A stretch of 64,000 bases of DNA from Candidatus Poribacteria bacterium (lineage in GTDB: Bacteria > Poribacteria > WGA-4E > WGA-3G), in NCBI GenBank assembly GCA_965197475.1, contig CBDANF010000003.1:96001-160000 (forward strand), given 5' to 3'. The position numbers and the translations under genes are program-made. The number at the start of each line of letters is the position of its first letter. The first letter of the stretch is position 1. Below the pieces are notes generated by a model. The model was given only the letters and a program-made list of their open reading frames with translations, did not search any database and was not told where the DNA came from. Shown here piece after piece: positions 19,713-29,739 of this stretch.

Positions 19713-22232
19713 TTAAGAGGATATGATTGAAACCGTTCCCTGATTTCCATCCACTTGAAGCATTTGCCCGTCAGTGATATTTTGGGTTGCATTCGGAATG
19801 TTCGCCACTGCAGGAACACCATACTCCCTCGCGACAACTGCCCCATGCGACAACACCCCACCGCGTTCCATCACTAACCCCGCTGCATGTAGAAAAAGCG
19901 GTGTCCAAGCTGGATCCGTTGACGGGCAGACAAGAATATAATCCCGCTCAGATGGTTGAATATCGGTAGGTGTCAATAGCACACGCGCCTGTCCCTTCGC
20001 AATACCAGCGGAAATCCCTACCCCTGCGTATGTTTCCGCCTTTTCGATTGCTTGAGACATCCCAATGCTCTCAAGTGAATCGCTGAAGATAACATCCGGC
20101 ACCTCAATTTGTAGCAAAAGGTCGCGTTGAGTCTTGCGCTCATAAATAACATCTTTGACATCTTCCCCATTAATTAGTTTAAATAATTCATCAGGTACCA
20201 GATAGAAAATGCCGCCATCAAGTTCATAACGGCTATCCAACTCAACCAAAGCACGTCGAATCTGCTCATAGCCGAGCATCAGATAAAATTTCGCTGTCTC
20301 TCTGAAAGGCATATATCGCCTTGTAAAATCCAGTTCACTTTCGACCTGTTTTCGCAATCCCGCCTTATTTTCGATGATCTCAGTAAGTTCCTTTTCTGCT
20401 GCATCACGCTGCTCAATTTGTCTATCAGTTTCTTTAGATTCTTGAGAAAAAGATGCAATTATATGTTCAATGTATGAAGTATCTTCCCGCCACCGTGGAT
20501 GCGCCAATTCAAATTCACCCACAGTACGATGTCCATAGTCTTTTAGAAAATCGGTAAGCGAAATTTGCCCGATTGCTACCTGCCGCAACTTTTCGTTTGT
20601 TTCAACGGTCAGATTACCAGATTGCCCACTGATGAGTCTACTTGCTAATCCCTTAGCCTCCTTTTCGTTCAAACATTTCTGAAGTGCAGCTTCCAAGCGT
20701 TGAAGTGAAAACGCAGCAAGAAGTGTGGCAGTTAGTGCTTTTGGCGCGAAATCATCTAACGTTTTCTCACACCATTTCTTGAACTTTTCGATCAATTCCG
20801 CATCTGAAAGCTCTGAATAAGACAGATTTCGTTCACCCGCAACATCTTCCTGAAACTGCGGAAAGACATGATCTGTCAACACTTGATCAAAGTCTGATCG
20901 GTACTGCCGCAATCGCAACTCTGCCTTGGTCATGCGGATTATGTGAAGTGGCAGTTTAAGCCAAAACGATGAGGTGCTATGCTTAATATTTGGCTTTGCC
21001 TGTGCATACATCGCCCGCTGTGGATTCTGCTTCAGTTCCGAGAAATCATGAGCGAACGGGAAACCATTAAAGAAAAGTTCCGCCTCACGATTCAAATTAA
21101 CATAAATTCTCCCACAAATAAGGTTCAGAATGCCCGTGTCATCCACTCGCTTGCTTGGATAAAACCCCAACCCTCGATACGCCTTGCCTAAACCGCTAGC
21201 ACCCGACATAAATTTTTTGATAATTGCCCAGGTCATCGGCAACGGGACAGGCAACACTTCCGCAAGGTTGTGATGGCTCCAGACTGTACCATGCGTATCA
21301 GTTATTGTCTTAAGAATTTGAATTTCAGTCTCGCGGAGTTTAGCTATCTCTCCGTCTTTTCGATCAATTGGAACATGTGTTTGCGGCTGCGTTGTAATCG
21401 GTCTCGCCTGCAATAAAACAAACTTTCTGTCTGCAAGTGCCCATTCAATATCCATCGGTTGTCCATACAAAGTCTCAACCTGAATTCCGAGTTGACAGAG
21501 TTGTTTTAACTGGTCGTCTGTGAGACTTGGTGCATTCTGTTGATCAGCAGATACCTCACTTATGCCGGATTCGGTTATCATTTCGCATTTTGTAACAACG
21601 GTTTTCTTCAGCACCTCACCTGTTTCCCGCAACACTTGGAAGTTATCTGGTGTAATTGAACCAGAGACAACCGATTCTCCTAATCCCCAATTCGACTCAA
21701 CAATACAGAGGTTCTCATCAAATGGACTGACAGTAAAAAGCACGCCAGAGACATCTGCCGTGCACATTTCCTGAACAACAACTGCCATCGCCAACCCCTC
21801 ATCGGGGATGTCTTGTGTGCGACGGTAAGCAATCGCCCGATCTGACCAAAGAGATGCCCAACACCCTTTTATTGCATCTAAAATATAATCTGTCTTTACA
21901 TTCAAAAAAGTGTCTTGTTGCCCCGCAAAACTCGCTTCTTCTAAGTCTTCAGCTGTCGCACTGGAACGCACAGCAACAATGTCACCCTGCAACTCTTCTC
22001 GTGCTTTTAGGACGGCTTCAATCAACTCAGGTACCAACGCCACGCTGTTAACACTACTTTCGTTCTGTTCAGATAAATTTTTAACATAAAATCGGTAGGC
22101 ATCTGTAGTGACACAGAAACCTTGCGGTACTGAGAACCCTGCCCTCGTCAATTTCCCAAGATTCAGCCCTTTTCCACCGACACGCGGAAGGTCATCTTCG
22201 TCAATCTCTGAAAAGCGTTTGATAAATTGCAT
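19713..22232 (-). CDS. PEP/pyruvate-binding plus PEP-utilising mobile-domain protein (rifampin phosphotransferase-like architecture)
   Basis: VGGKG, AVRSSATAED..ASFAGQ, DIEWA, LQARPIT and GGVLSHGAVVAREYG. Start placed at ATG 22232. Confidence 0.85.
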   Translation of the reverse strand: MQFIKRFSEIDEDDLPRVGGKGLNLGKLTRAGFSVPQGFCVTTDAYRFYVKNLSEQNESSVNSVALVPELIEAVLKAREELQGDIVAVRSSATAEDLEEASFAGQQDTFLNVKTDYILDAIKGCWASLWSDRAIAYRRTQDIPDEGLAMAVVVQEMCTADVSGVLFTVSPFDENLCIVESNWGLGESVVSGSITPDNFQVLRETGEVLKKTVVTKCEMITESGISEVSADQQNAPSLTDDQLKQLCQLGIQVETLYGQPMDIEWALADRKFVLLQARPITTQPQTHVPIDRKDGEIAKLRETEIQILKTITDTHGTVWSHHNLAEVLPVPLPMTWAIIKKFMSGASGLGKAYRGLGFYPSKRVDDTGILNLICGRIYVNLNREAELFFNGFPFAHDFSELKQNPQRAMYAQAKPNIKHSTSSFWLKLPLHIIRMTKAELRLRQYRSDFDQVLTDHVFPQFQEDVAGERNLSYSELSDAELIEKFKKWCEKTLDDFAPKALTATLLAAFSLQRLEAALQKCLNEKEAKGLASRLISGQSGNLTVETNEKLRQVAIGQISLTDFLKDYGHRTVGEFELAHPRWREDTSYIEHIIASFSQESKETDRQIEQRDAAEKELTEIIENKAGLRKQVESELDFTRRYMPFRETAKFYLMLGYEQIRRALVELDSRYELDGGIFYLVPDELFKLINGEDVKDVIYERKTQRDLLLQIEVPDVIFSDSLESIGMSQAIEKAETYAGVGISAGIAKGQARVLLTPTDIQPSERDYILVCPSTDPAWTPLFLHAAGLVMERGGVLSHGAVVAREYGVPAVANIPNATQNITDGQMLQVDGNQGTVSIISS

Positions 22233-22393
22233 AAACTTAGATAGGTCTGCAAAGGATGGAACAAGTGGAAATAGTATAGCAGAATCTATCTGCCAAATGC
22301 AAGTGGGATTTGAGAATATCAGGAATAGTATTACTACAGTGATATACCAGTCGTGGTCAATATAAGGATAAGCTATACACGGCAAGGGAACGC

Positions 22394-22423
22394 GGAAAGA
22401 GACTGGTGGAAAACCAGCCTCTA
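22394..22423 (-). terminator. Likely intrinsic terminator after the cytochrome c gene
   Basis: Minus-strand AGAGGCTGG-TTTTCCA-CCAGTCTCT hairpin followed by TT. Confidence 0.45.
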
Positions 22424-22459
22424 TGATGCTTTGGATAAAAATGGTATTAGAATTGATGC

Positions 22460-23026
22460 TTAATCGCCATCGTCGTGATCATCATCGTCATCATCGTCAT
22501 CATCGTCGTGATCATCATCGTCATCATCGTCATCATCGTCGTGATCATCATCGTCATCATCGTCATCATCGTCGTGATCATCATCGTCATAATTCTGATA
22601 ATCAAAATCCGATGGGTCTTGTTGATTAATCCAGTCTTTGAAGAGTTGAATTTCTTCCGCAGGCAACGGAGGACCGCCAAGCGGCATTGCTTCTGAAACA
22701 ATTTCTTCAACAACCTCACTCTCCGCAGCATTTCCTGGAATGAATATAGGACCTTGATCGCTACCCGCCTTGAAACTTTCATAAGTTCTCAAATCCAGAC
22801 CTTCGGGTCCATCAGCAACGTGGCAGCCAGCAAGGGCACACTTTGCTGTAAGAATCGGCAAAAGGTTCATTTCAAAGGAAGCCTTGGGATCCATAGGTTC
22901 ATGAGAATCCATAACTGAGGAAACTTCATTCGGCATTACCACATTTGCACGATCTCGAGTACATCCGAGTATACAAAACAGTAATCCGAAGGTCAGTAAG
23001 AAAAATCTTTGCATTTTTATAAACAT
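22460..23026 (-). CDS. Lipoprotein with planctomycete-type cytochrome c domain and Asp/His-rich tail
   Basis: Lipobox ILGC, CALAGCH, GLDL, IPGN..ES, MP..GPPL and WI motifs, followed by the tail (D10H)n. Start is uncertain (23041/23026/23014). Confidence 0.78.
   Translation of the reverse strand: MFIKMQRFFLLTFGLLFCILGCTRDRANVVMPNEVSSVMDSHEPMDPKASFEMNLLPILTAKCALAGCHVADGPEGLDLRTYESFKAGSDQGPIFIPGNAAESEVVEEIVSEAMPLGGPPLPAEEIQLFKDWINQQDPSDFDYQNYDDDDHDDDDDDDDDDHDDDDDDDDDDHDDDDDDDDDDHDDGD
22468..22590. repeat. 33-bp tandem repeat (about 3.7 copies) encoding D10H units
   Basis: The unit CATCGTCGTGATCATCATCGTCATCATCGTCAT repeats exactly. Confidence 0.9.
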
Positions 23027-23269
23027 AACGGTTCCTTTCATCTAATGAGATAAAATAGATAATTGTAAACAGCCAAAGAACAAATGAGAATCACTTACCT
23101 GCTTAGCAATAACTTTGACAGATTTTACACTTAAAATGTTATCATATTTGAAGAAAACAATCAAGGAGTAATGGATATGTAAATATTTTGTCAAAAAAGA
23201 AATCGCGCATCGGAGATCGCTTCTATAAAATCGGAGAAATAAATAACCCTTTGAAATGCCTAAAACTTC

Positions 23270-23298
23270 TTGACAATTTTATCTGAATTAGGTAAACT
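23270..23298 (+). promoter_or_regulatory. Sigma-70-type promoter
   Basis: TTGACA-17 bp-TAAACT, 7 nt before ATG 23306. Confidence 0.6.
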
Positions 23299-23305
23299 AA
23301 AAAAG

Positions 23306-24421
23306 ATGTTTCAGAATGCAATCGAAAGTCTTACTTTAATTGCTTCTGCTACCGTGCAGTGGCTTTTTTATAGAAAACGTTTGCCAAAGGACTTCACCCC
23401 CGAACGTATTCTCGTTGTTAAACTTGACCACCTCGGGGATGTATTGTTGGCAACTCCAGTGTTTTCCAATCTTCGGCAGGCTTACCCAAACACCGAACTG
23501 CACGCGCTCACTGGGACATGGAGCCGTGTTATTTTGGAAAACCACCCTGATGTAGACAAAGTGTTAGAATACAATTCACATGCATTTTGCAGGTCTGAAC
23601 AACCAACATCTATTAAGAACACCTTTCAACTCTTTCGGCAATTACGTAGTCAAAAATACGACCTGTTAGTGGAACTTCGTGGTGATTGGCGTATCGTTTG
23701 GTTTTCCCTTTTCCGAGTTACTCGGAAAAGGATCAATCGTGCATCCCTACAAATTGCGAACAAGTTAGGATTCCCACAATTCAACGGAACACACGAAACA
23801 ATTCGAAATCTTGATGTCTTAAAGCGAGCAGGCATCCCAACACCGATACAAACCACAACCTTTGTTGTAACGAGAAAAGATGAAAATTGGGCATCTAATT
23901 TTCTCAAAACGCATCAGAGACACAGCGAATACCTGCTTATCGCTATCCATCCAGGGTCTCCAATCCCATTAAAAAGATGGAAACCTGAACGCTACGCAGA
24001 ACTAGCTGATTGGTTAATTGCACAGAAACGTGCAAAAATTCTGTTTGTCGGTGTAAAAGATGAAATCCCAATAATTACCCAAATCCAAGACCTGATGAAA
24101 GGCAAGTCAACCAACATTGCAGGCAAAACGACAATAATACAGCTAGCATCAATTTTACATAGATGTAAAGTGTTTATCGGAAATGATAGCGGTCCGATGC
24201 ATATCGCTGCAGCCGTAGGCACTCAGACAATCGGACTTTACGGCCCTGGAGATCCGGAACGATTTGGACCTATCGGCGACAAATGCCAGATTATTCGGAA
24301 GAAACCTGATTGTCCTCCATGCTTAGGCAATACTTGTCGATTTGGAACAGAAGGGTGTATGTCTAAAATTCAGGTTACCGATGTGATGCAGACCCTCGAA
24401 AATTCTGAATATTTGCATTGA
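23306..24421 (+). CDS. Glycosyltransferase family 9 (LPS heptosyltransferase-like)
   Basis: LDHLGDVLLATP, HPGS...KRW and FIGNDSGPMHIAAA motifs. Confidence 0.92.
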   Translation: MFQNAIESLTLIASATVQWLFYRKRLPKDFTPERILVVKLDHLGDVLLATPVFSNLRQAYPNTELHALTGTWSRVILENHPDVDKVLEYNSHAFCRSEQPTSIKNTFQLFRQLRSQKYDLLVELRGDWRIVWFSLFRVTRKRINRASLQIANKLGFPQFNGTHETIRNLDVLKRAGIPTPIQTTTFVVTRKDENWASNFLKTHQRHSEYLLIAIHPGSPIPLKRWKPERYAELADWLIAQKRAKILFVGVKDEIPIITQIQDLMKGKSTNIAGKTTIIQLASILHRCKVFIGNDSGPMHIAAAVGTQTIGLYGPGDPERFGPIGDKCQIIRKKPDCPPCLGNTCRFGTEGCMSKIQVTDVMQTLENSEYLH

Positions 24422-24560
24422 CATACAGATACATTCAATAGGATTGAGCTTAAATCTGAATTTCTGCTACATATTAAGCACGCAAAAAACTTAAAACTGA
24501 ATGCTTCTACAAATGAATTGAGAGGTCATTTATCTATGCACATTCCGCAGCTAAATAAGC

Positions 24561-24674
24561 TGCCCTATTTTGTGCAGCTTTATATTCAAATTGCCCTATT
24601 TTGTGCAGCTTTCCACGCTCAATATAGAGTTTACCCACATATACCGCTATTATCCTAATGGCACATAAATTGCA
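24561..24674 (+). promoter_or_regulatory. Sigma-54 promoter with two upstream activator-like direct repeats
   Basis: TGGCAC-ATAAA-TTGCA at 24659-24674. Identical 21-bp repeats at 24561-24581 and 24592-24612. Confidence 0.75.
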
Positions 24675-24753
24675 TAGGGTAGTATAGGTTTAGTCTTATA
24701 ATTTTAAATTTGTATCAAGAACCAATTTTGTAAAACTTTTATGAGGTGAAATA

Positions 24754-26241
24754 ATGAGTGTTAAAAGAACGTCTGGTGCCTTAATGACTTCGCTTTTGCT
24801 TCACTTAGCTTTAGTCCTTCTGGCTGGACTTTATTTTGTCACGCAAACACAGACATTCAAGGATATAGTTGGGTTCGAAACTTTAGATCCTCCGGATCCT
24901 CCGAAACCTAAGGTACGCAAACCCATTGTAAAACAGGTTCTCAAACCGATTCCACCAGTGGAAAGTACGGTTGTCGTAGAAGAAGTTCAAGTTCAACCGC
25001 GTCTAACAACCGCTTTTGCTCCGAGGACACCTGATGTCCAAGCCCAAACGGTGTTAGAATTTTCTAATCAAGCCATCAAGGTAGATGCTCCGATTAATCC
25101 AAATGTGCCGAAAGTGGTTAAACCGAATACTCCCATTCCAGAGGTGGTTACTCACGCTGATTTACCGGTGTCAACTTCACCGAATGCTTTAGCTTTTTCC
25201 GGTCCTGCAGCGACCGCGCCTGCCGCGGGTCCCGCTAACATCGCACGCGGTGTCGCAGGAAGTCCGGTTCAGGTGAAAATGACAATTCAACGACCACCAG
25301 GTCTAGCTATGGTTGATAACGTCGGCGTAGTTCGCGACGCACTTAGTGATGTTGTTGAAAGTATCACCCTTGGTAACGTTGAGGTCCCACCTTTGCCCAG
25401 AGGCGAACCCGGCGGACGCGTCATCGGTAAAGGGCGTGATATTCGTGGTGTCCTCCGTTTTACACGAATTCGCCACTCCCTTTCTGACTGGTGGGCTGAT
25501 TCTTCTTCGCTGAATGCTCTCACCAAATGGATCAATGAGAAAACCAAAATCAAAGCAGACATGAACGTTGAAGGTGGCGCAATAAAACTGACGGATGCAA
25601 ATCTATACAAAACGCCACTCGCCTTTATGACAGGACACGAGCCTAGACTTGTGAGGCAGCGGAACCTGCTCGGAAAACAGCATGGTGGTGGTAAATTGGA
25701 TAATAATTTATCCAAATCCGAAGCTGCAGGCCTCCGGAAATACCTTGTTGAAAAAGGAGGATTTCTTGTTTTTGATGACTGCGGTGTAAGTTCTCCCAAC
25801 CAAGTCCCAACAATGTCTCGTTTATTCCTCGCTCAAATGCGACGGGTCATGCCTGAATACCAAATTGAACGAATTGATAACACCCACGAGATTTATGACA
25901 ATTACTATGAAATGGGTGGTCCTCCCGTTGGATTTGATATTTTCTGGTGGGGCACACGGCCACCGAAACGGAATTACCTTGAAGGATTCTCTGTCGGTGA
26001 TAAATTATCCGTTATTGCCGTCCGGCGTGACTACATGTGCGCAATGGAATCTGTCAGTCTGCCAACACGGAATGTACACTATTCCCCTGGTGTCTATCGT
26101 TTTATGACAAACGTTGTCGTCTATGCTTTGACACACGGTGGAATTTCCGATCATTCCGGTTATGTACCCGAAGACACTTTAGCGAAGAAAGAACTTCCGA
26201 CCCGCGCACCTGAAGCAGCAAAAGTTGGAGCTACTGAATAA
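24754..26241 (+). CDS. Membrane-anchored DUF4159 domain protein
   Basis: TM helix (SLLLH), Pro-rich linker, DWWAD, MTGH, GGFLVFDDCG and DYMCAME. Paralog of 4486-5937. Confidence 0.82.
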   Translation: MSVKRTSGALMTSLLLHLALVLLAGLYFVTQTQTFKDIVGFETLDPPDPPKPKVRKPIVKQVLKPIPPVESTVVVEEVQVQPRLTTAFAPRTPDVQAQTVLEFSNQAIKVDAPINPNVPKVVKPNTPIPEVVTHADLPVSTSPNALAFSGPAATAPAAGPANIARGVAGSPVQVKMTIQRPPGLAMVDNVGVVRDALSDVVESITLGNVEVPPLPRGEPGGRVIGKGRDIRGVLRFTRIRHSLSDWWADSSSLNALTKWINEKTKIKADMNVEGGAIKLTDANLYKTPLAFMTGHEPRLVRQRNLLGKQHGGGKLDNNLSKSEAAGLRKYLVEKGGFLVFDDCGVSSPNQVPTMSRLFLAQMRRVMPEYQIERIDNTHEIYDNYYEMGGPPVGFDIFWWGTRPPKRNYLEGFSVGDKLSVIAVRRDYMCAMESVSLPTRNVHYSPGVYRFMTNVVVYALTHGGISDHSGYVPEDTLAKKELPTRAPEAAKVGATE

Positions 26242-26287
26242 CAACCTATTTTAGGACTATTCAGTCTTTATCTCCATCTTATGAACG

Positions 26288-26332
26288 ATCTCCCGATGAT
26301 GGCAAATTTTAGCCATCATCGGGAGATTTTTT
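26288..26332 (+). terminator. Rho-independent terminator
   Basis: 16-bp perfect stem ATCTCCCGATGATGGC / GCCATCATCGGGAGAT followed by a T run. Confidence 0.85.
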
Positions 26333-26513
26333 GTTAGCAATTCTTTCTCGCGTACGGGATTCTGTACGCCTCTATCTACATAAATCGGGCTTAGAAAGCC
26401 CTCCCACAAGAGTCTTTTGTGACAATTGAATGGCTCTGCCTATACCGAAAAAATATAGACTTCCAGAGGAAATTGTGTTATCATAGAACATATAATCTTT
26501 TAGAGGTGATAAA

Positions 26514-27338
26514 TTGAAACTTGGCGTATCCACTTACTCCTATTGGCATTTCAAACCTGAAAAAGTGTCAATTGAGCACGTCATTGAAGAAGCCGCACGG
26601 CTTGAACTTGATGGCATTGAAATCTTACATCAACAGATGGCATCCGAAGCCACCCCCTATCTTCAGAAACTGAAACGACTCGCTTTTATTCACGGACTTG
26701 ATTTATACGCGCTTTCCATCCATCAAGGCTTCGTTTTTCCAGACACAGACACGCGGCAAAAAAACATCAATCATACCATACACTGCATCCGGTTAGCACA
26801 TGAACTCGGAATCCCTGCCATCCGACTCAACTCAGGACGATGGGGTACCATCAAATCGTTTGACGAATTAATGAAAACTGAAGGACAAGAGCCAACCCTT
26901 CCAGACCATACCGAAGATGAAGCATTTGATTGGGTAATCGCTTCAATTGAAAAGTGTCTTCCTGATGCTGAGAAATACGGGGTGCTGCTTGGGCTCGAAA
27001 ATCACTGGGGGTTGACATGTACAGTAGAGGGTGTCAATCGCATCGTTTCTGCAATTAACTCGGAATGGTTGAAGGTAACGATGGATTGTGGCAATTTCCT
27101 TTCCGATCCGTATGAAAAACTTGCACAGATTGCTCCGGAAGCGGTGCTTGTCCATGCAAAAACCTATTACGGCGGCGGAGAATGGTACACCTTAGACCTT
27201 GATTATGCTAAAATCGGTAAGATTCTGCGGAGTGTCGGATTTCAGGGATATATCTCCATTGAATTTGAAGGCAAAGAGGATGCTCACATCGGAGTACCAC
27301 AGAGCGTGGAGATGCTGCGCAATTCCCTCAACACCTAA
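26514..27338 (+). CDS. Sugar phosphate isomerase/epimerase (TIM barrel)
   Basis: DGIEIL, LGLENHWG, MDCGNF, HAK and GYISIEFEG motifs. Confidence 0.88.
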   Translation: MKLGVSTYSYWHFKPEKVSIEHVIEEAARLELDGIEILHQQMASEATPYLQKLKRLAFIHGLDLYALSIHQGFVFPDTDTRQKNINHTIHCIRLAHELGIPAIRLNSGRWGTIKSFDELMKTEGQEPTLPDHTEDEAFDWVIASIEKCLPDAEKYGVLLGLENHWGLTCTVEGVNRIVSAINSEWLKVTMDCGNFLSDPYEKLAQIAPEAVLVHAKTYYGGGEWYTLDLDYAKIGKILRSVGFQGYISIEFEGKEDAHIGVPQSVEMLRNSLNT

Positions 27339-27389
27339 AACGACGCATGTTAACCATGAGAGGTGGGTTTTGCCCCACCTTTTTCTTTT

Positions 27390-28511
27390 CTACATCCCCG
27401 AGTTTGCTTCCCACGGTGCCACTTCACCAACAGCTTGTGGTGTTGGGAATCGACTTGATACATCAACAGGTTTTCCCAAATCCGACGATTCAATCACACG
27501 TTCACAAACCTCTAAAACATGCCGTGCTTGCGCACCATTACACCTTGGGATACGGTCATTTCTAATGGCATCGGCAAAATCAGTCACGCCTTTTCCCCAA
27601 TCCAAACCTGTAAAAGCCTTTGGTGGAGAAGGTTCGTCTTTCCACCCAGATTGAGGTGCGAATTTCTTGATCCCCCGTCCGTCATCATGAGCCTGAATTG
27701 AAAATCCACCTTTTGTGCCATGGATCTCATAAGGCGGAATTTGTGAGGATACGGTAAAACTGTGATAAATAAAACCTTGTGCTCCATCAGCTTGCGGCAC
27801 CTCAAACTCAAGTACAGCAAACCCATGATCCTTTTCAGTCACCTCAAACTCCGTGCCTTGACGCGGTCCTTGGTTCAAAACACGTTTAGGAACAGCCACT
27901 CTCGCAAATCCGTGAACTGTTTTGACAGGACCAATCATTGTTGTCATTGCAGTCAAAGGATAAGGCGCGACATCTCGAAAAGGACCCGCATGCATCAAAA
28001 ACGCATCCGCATTCGGATGCCAATGTTCCAACGGACCGCCGAAGTTACCAAGAGTAGAAATTACATCCCCAATTTCTCCATCGCGAATCCGCTGCCAGAC
28101 GTTTTGTTGTACATAACCGAGTATCGCCGATGGAGCACATGCCAGTTTTAAGCCCATAGTCTCTGCTGTTTCTACAAGCTCGTTTGCTTCATCGGTCTTG
28201 ATAGAAATCGGTTTCTCTGAATAGACATGCTTTCCGGCTTTCAGTGCCACTAACGATACAGGATAGTGTGAAATATGGATAGTTAGATTCACAACCGCTT
28301 CCACATTTGGATCATTCAATACGTCTTCAAGCGATTGATAAACCTTCCCACCGCCTCTCTCTGCCAGTGCAGATGCGCGCGCTTCGTTCTGATCGTAGTA
28401 GCCAACCAATTCAATTTGATCCGGGTACGCTTGACATCGCGGCTGATAGCCGCCTGCTGCAATCATACCACATCCAACAATCACAGTTCGCAACGGGGTT
28501 ATGTTTGACAT
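27390..28511 (-). CDS. Gfo/Idh/MocA family oxidoreductase
   Basis: VGCGMIA and AGKHVYSEKP motifs. Confidence 0.9.
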   Translation of the reverse strand: MSNITPLRTVIVGCGMIAAGGYQPRCQAYPDQIELVGYYDQNEARASALAERGGGKVYQSLEDVLNDPNVEAVVNLTIHISHYPVSLVALKAGKHVYSEKPISIKTDEANELVETAETMGLKLACAPSAILGYVQQNVWQRIRDGEIGDVISTLGNFGGPLEHWHPNADAFLMHAGPFRDVAPYPLTAMTTMIGPVKTVHGFARVAVPKRVLNQGPRQGTEFEVTEKDHGFAVLEFEVPQADGAQGFIYHSFTVSSQIPPYEIHGTKGGFSIQAHDDGRGIKKFAPQSGWKDEPSPPKAFTGLDWGKGVTDFADAIRNDRIPRCNGAQARHVLEVCERVIESSDLGKPVDVSSRFPTPQAVGEVAPWEANSGM

Positions 28512-28564
28512 TACAATTCTCCTTACTTTAACTATAGTGAAGTATAAAAATACATAGACATTCC

Positions 28565-29165
28565 GTAGTAGGCGCGTTTTAATGAAGTTTAAGAATTTAA
28601 TTCGGTAAAGCCGGTTTCTCCCAGGGGCGGTTTCCTAACCGCACCATAAGCGTCAATTTAAGATGATGAATCTGTTTTATGTTAGTTTGTATAGCCCCGT
28701 AGGGGCGGAATGTTTATAGTAACGCGCCACTACCTCACACTTAGCCCTGTAGGGGTGGTATGTGAGGGAACGGATGGGTTAAAAATTATACACATACCGC
28801 TCCTACGGAGCTCAAGAGGATGGGAACGTCTTTCTATAAACATATCGTCCGTACGGGACTAAATATGGGACAGTTTCAATCATCATACGCATTGAGCAAT
28901 GTTCCGTATTTTGTGGATTGCATAGCCATAGAGGGGCGACAGGTGTCCCGTGTCTTGAATGAAGGGACAGTAGTGTGATTACACCTTTCGCACCGCTGGT
29001 GCTGCCTATAATCCTAATCCTTGTTCAGACAATAATCCACCGCAACCCGACGGACACACTAAATTGACGCTTATGGTAGGTTTCCTAACCGCACCTACCC
29101 GGGTTTGGGGTTCAAGTCCGAATTACCTAATTTATTTTTATCGTCATAAGCGCGCTAACGGTAGT
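28565..29165. repeat. Nested MITE/REP complex
   Basis: Perfect 17-bp IR CCATAAGCGTCAATTTA (28644-28660 / 29060-29076) around GCCCCGTAGGGGC-type hairpins, flanked on both sides by GGTTTCCTAACCGCACC. Confidence 0.7.
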
Positions 29166-29312
29166 GTCTCAATAATTACAAGTTTACTATAAATTCCATA
29201 AATTTCTTTAAGCATATCAGATTCTTAGTTAATTGCCAATCTAAAACTATTTCATTTCCAGTTTTTCCTTGACATCACGCACCAATTCGTTGTAAAATTG
29301 AGGTGAATAAGG

Positions 29313-29723
29313 ATGGATAACAACATGCAACAAACATATACCAGAATCCTGTTAGTCTCTGTTTTCATACTCCTAACCTTGATAGGATGTGCTTCACACG
29401 ACGCGATAAATATAGAAGCATATAATCAGTTTGCCATAAAAGCTGCACAAATTGGTCTTTGGAATGAGGCAATTTTTCGCTGGAAACAGGTTGTATCTAT
29501 TGACCCCGATAACGCCGCTGCACATAACAACCTTGGAGTAGGTTATGAGGCTATAGGAAAAATCGCGGAAGCAGAATCAGCATATCAACGCGCAACCGAA
29601 CTTGATCCCGGTAGCAAATATTATCGCATCAATTACCGGCGGTGCCGCCTACATATTCGGCGGAGTGGAACTGACAGTGAAGAAACATTATCTAAATCCT
29701 TGGAAGAACCTGAAGAAGATTAA
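29313..29723 (+). CDS. TPR lipoprotein
   Basis: Lipobox LIGC. TPR motif AHNNLGVGYEAIG...AESAYQRA. Confidence 0.8.
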   Translation: MDNNMQQTYTRILLVSVFILLTLIGCASHDAINIEAYNQFAIKAAQIGLWNEAIFRWKQVVSIDPDNAAAHNNLGVGYEAIGKIAEAESAYQRATELDPGSKYYRINYRRCRLHIRRSGTDSEETLSKSLEEPEED

Positions 29724-29739
29724 CCATGGAACTCTCCTA

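Noticed and set aside
19713-22232. Calling this rifampin phosphotransferase (rph) or PEP synthase (ppsA)
   Set aside because: The domain order fits the RPH-like class, but the substrate cannot be inferred. It lacks the C-terminal barrel of PpsA.
22423-22782. Alternative-frame ORFs (His/Arg-, Ile/Val- and Met/Thr-rich)
   Set aside because: Shadows of the 33-bp repeat. Only the Asp/His frame is continuous with a recognisable lipoprotein.
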